Shown piece by piece: positions 60,627 to 64,000 of a DNA stretch of 64,000 nucleotides. The stretch's first letter is position 1. Each line of letters begins with the position of its first letter. Made by a program: the position numbers and the translations under genes. Source of the stretch: Pristiophorus japonicus (taxonomy: Eukaryota); the NCBI RefSeq assembly GCF_044704955.1, contig NW_027251257.1, positions 1,054,001 to 1,118,000 of the forward strand. The letters run 5' to 3'. The notes beneath the pieces were generated by a model. It was not told the DNA's origin and ran no database searches. It was given only the letters and a program-made list of their open reading frames with translations.

Positions 60627-63600
60627 CTGCATAAGTATAAATAGTACCAGTCTACATTGTCGCTACTGAAGAAGATATCAATTTAGTAACATTTCCTGTG
60701 GACATAAGTAATAGGGAAAAGGCAGAATGGAAAAGAATGAGAGGCGTTCCAGGCCCGGAATCCGTATGGAAAAAAGATGGAAAGGTTTTGGCCACCTTCT
60801 GCACAAAGAAGAAGCTCATGGAATTACATCATAGTATTCGACACGCTGGGCGTGAAGATATGATAACAAGTACCTCCCGAGACAATTGGTGGCCAGTAAT
60901 GTGATGCGACTTTGCTATGTATTGTCAACATTACATGCGCCCAACATAACTCGGGAAGGCCATAAAAATAAAAATGGCCCAGCAGCCACGCCCACGGGGA
61001 CCAAGGGAGGATATATACATTGATTTAACAGGGCCACTGCTAAAGTCTCATGGAAGAAAATACTGTCTCGTGTTAATACATGTGTTCACACGGTGGGTGG
61101 AAGCATTTACTACCCGAAACTGCACGGTAACAAACGATGCAAGAAAACTTGCAGATGAGGTAATTTCCCACTGGGGAATAGCAACTCAAATTGCTTCTGA
61201 TCAAGGAACCCATTTCACAGAGCAGGTAGTAAAGTTATTTTGCACCACATTAGGCATCAAACAGAAATTTCACATCCCTTGCCAGCCACAGAGATCGGGG
61301 ATTGTGGAATGGGTGAAACGCACTGTAAAGACAGAAGTTGCCAAGGCAATCCGAGGGACATAACATACCTGGTTGAATTGTTACCTGCTGTATTAATGAG
61401 GCTGAGAATAACTCAGAACCGTACAACGCATCTAACCCTATAGAAACTCATAACAGGTAGGGCCATGCGCCTATCTGAAGGAGTAATTACATGGGGAGTG
61501 GACTTGGATCCATGAACGGACCGCATTGGTAGATGTGTAATGGAATTGAGCAAACATGGGACAGGAAGTCAGGGAACAGCAGGCAGGTAGGGACCAGGAT
61601 GAGAATTTAGAATCACCGGCAGACGTCCCACAGGTTGGGGAAAAGTTAATGGTAAAAGGTATAACCGGCCGAACGGCATTTGCCCCGAATTGGTCCGGAC
61701 CATATGAGAATCTCATCAGCGGTGACACATGCGCTTGTGTAGGCGATGGAAACATAGTCCCAGTTGAAATAATACACCGACATGTACTGGATAGCTCAAG
61801 GGCGTCCACCGTTTTCCTATTTACAGGATGACCTGGATGATCGTGGTTCCGATAATACTTTGGACCCACCGAACAGAACACCTTCTGAGAAATAGACATC
61901 CATAGGTTCAGGGAGATTCGAATTACCAACAGGGAGGTGAATATGCCAGTCAGATCTGACTGGAATATTCCAGCGAGAGGGCGGAGAGACCTTCCTCAGA
62001 TTGGGCCGAAAATTTCGCGTGTGTAAAGGAACCCCACCCACAATATTGGGTGTTGAAATAGTGTACAAAAGTGCCTTGTGCATTGCATGTGGCAACAATA
62101 GAATACGGACCAATTTACGGACCTATCGGAGATGCGTACAGATTAAGTTTATGTTGTTCCCAGGGCTGACACAGGTATTACATGCCCGTAGAAACCTATG
62201 GCGGCGCGGTAGCTATATGCTGTGCCTTACAAAGGAGGGTAGCCACAGCCACATAGAAGACTTCACATCAGACATCGTGAGAGAATGCCGGATATTTTAC
62301 CAGGACATCATCCCGAATTTGGTCCACTAACAGACTCTCGACTTCACAATGTGCGTTAGACCCACGCAAACGTTTGAGCCTACAAAATACGTTTGTTCAC
62401 GAAACGATGAGACATATATATCCCCAATAATTCGGCTAAAGTTGTCTGAATATTCGCCAACCACAGCACCAACACCATCAGCCCCCACAACAATTGTGCC
62501 CTCTCCGTCTTCACTTCAGTGACCAATCCATATTGATGGGCCTCCGAGCGGAGTGGTCTTGCGAACGGAGGGAATCCAGTTGTATGATAATGTGCACTAC
62601 GAGATACTCCCGGTATTAGTTAATCTGACAGAGCAAAACTTACCATAGAAATGTGATCTCAAGGTAACGGCACTTTATGCCAGAATGCTGGGCATAGTAC
62701 CCAGGGAAGCTTGGGACGCCTCAGCTACCGCCGAATACCGTGGACACACAGGTCACCGATGCCACAAGTGAGGACTTGTCAACGATGTACTGACTGCCGT
62801 AAATACCTGCACAACACTCGCAAATACCCTGGCTATCCAATCCGTCAATGCAATCTCAAAGAGGCTTAAGGATACCATGCGGATCTTACTCCAAAAGTAC
62901 ACGGGTGATGCCAGGACGGCGGTAGACGTGGGACCACACACCTCCCAAATACTATTACAGGGGCTTACGATATTGGAGAGGCATGGTGCCACCATTAACC
63001 GCCTACTTGACGGAGAATATAACAAAGCCTTAAACGGAATAAAACGAGATATTTGTCAGGCCTATGCGGGATGGTTGCTAGAAGAAGTTCGCCATAACTT
63101 GGACCAACTGCAGTCCGGAAGGGTCGCTGACTGGATGAACAGCACCGAACTAATTCAGTTGGCACACCACACACAATCACTGGATGGGTGTATATTAAAG
63201 GCATGACAGGGATCTACCCTGTTATGGGTGGGTGCACTGATTCCCTCACCTCATTAGTAGGGATGGTGCTTATGATCCTGCGAATGACCGGAAACATGAA
63301 ACCATACGTGCAGTACGAGGTAGAGGAAACCGAATTGATTAGTGAAAGGGACTACCTGCAGTACTATTATTACGTGCTCAAAAGAAATTGAATAATGAGA
63401 GGGGTCTCATTGACTGTGTGCCACGGGGAAGGGAGCCTAACGATCTGTCCACACTAGGTGGGACAAGGCAGTAAGGATGGATGCAGGTTCAATCAGACTA
63501 TCGGATGTGTGGCGGAATCTGAACCGACCTACGCTGCTTAGTGAGTAAAGGGCGAGTATTCCTTAGTAACAACCGAATGGAATATGGCAGATTGACATGT

Positions 63601-63909
63601 AACTTCACTAACCCAACATCAGCTTTACAGCCAACCTACCCATGACAATCGGGCGTTCACTGATGACGTGTGTAAAACGGTCACCCAGATTCTAAACGAA
63701 GAGCTAAGCATGGACCTCGGCCTCGAAGAGGAACCCCTCACAGCGCCCATACTGCATCTTCCAGAAGATCTGAAGAACGTCAGAAATCCTTTACAGGAGT
63801 ACATTAAACGGTATCAACTACTAAGACAGGAATTACAAGAATTAGACTAAAAGATCGAAACTGAACCCAATTTGGTCCCGTGTTACGAGCTAGCCTGGAA
63901 TCCGTGTTT

Positions 63910-64000
63910 TGAACATATAAAATATGAGCAGGAGTAGACCATACGCCCCCTCGAGCCAGCTCCACCATTTAATACGATCATGTCTGATCCAAGCATGGAG
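63910..64000 (-). mobile_element. CR1 3' end interrupting the old ERV env
   Basis: gaacat...gagcaggagtagaccatacg...ctcgagcc CR1 3'UTR. Confidence 0.75.

Larger units (their letters stand above)
42068..63900 (+). mobile_element. Old, decayed endogenous retrovirus (putative 5'LTR from ~42068, gag ~42970-44380, PR ~44400, RT 45560-46628, IN 60632-61800, env ~61900-63900), interrupted by a CR1 and by a younger ERV
   Basis: Decayed twin knuckles (GHVKRDC; CINCQCIG), IANGFWSIP, YTWTQVPQEFHNSSAIFHQ, QEVDDLL; IN IDLTGPL...FTRWVEAF...SDQGTHF...SGIVE; env furin/fusion-like RCHK*GLVNDVLTAVN. LTR limits uncertain. Confidence 0.88.

Noticed and set aside
1-64000. TCR D, J or C segments, or a NAR-TCR V/supporting-V pair
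   Set aside because: No FGxG J motif with 12-RSS, no doubly flanked D and no C exon found by eye

Overview
Repeat-rich vertebrate genomic DNA, most likely from a cartilaginous fish (shark-type CR1 LINEs with (AGAAACAT)n tails, a Deu-domain SINE, a GPR139-like gene). Nucleotides 6.6-20.8 kb hold a cluster of T-cell receptor alpha/delta-type V segments in mixed orientation. One has an open reading frame and four are pseudogenes; there are also orphan leader/promoter relics. They carry 22-24 nt-spacer RSSs, and CTCF-like motifs lie just beyond three of the RSSs. Other content: a truncated Gypsy element (1-3.4 kb), a second decayed gag-pol element (23.5-26.7 kb), a GPR139-like pseudogene (37-38.7 kb) and many nested LINEs. 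From 42-64 kb, an old plus-strand ERV is interrupted by a younger minus-strand tandem provirus (LTR-int-LTR-int-LTR, 5-bp TSD CTGCA, tRNA-Ser PBS). This younger ERV has an epsilon/ZFERV-like gag-pol with a 2H-phosphoesterase domain (HCT...HLT) between protease and RT and a non-gamma-type env. Both copies share the same deletions of RT and integrase catalytic segments. All calls are made by eye from the sequence; no database searches were run.
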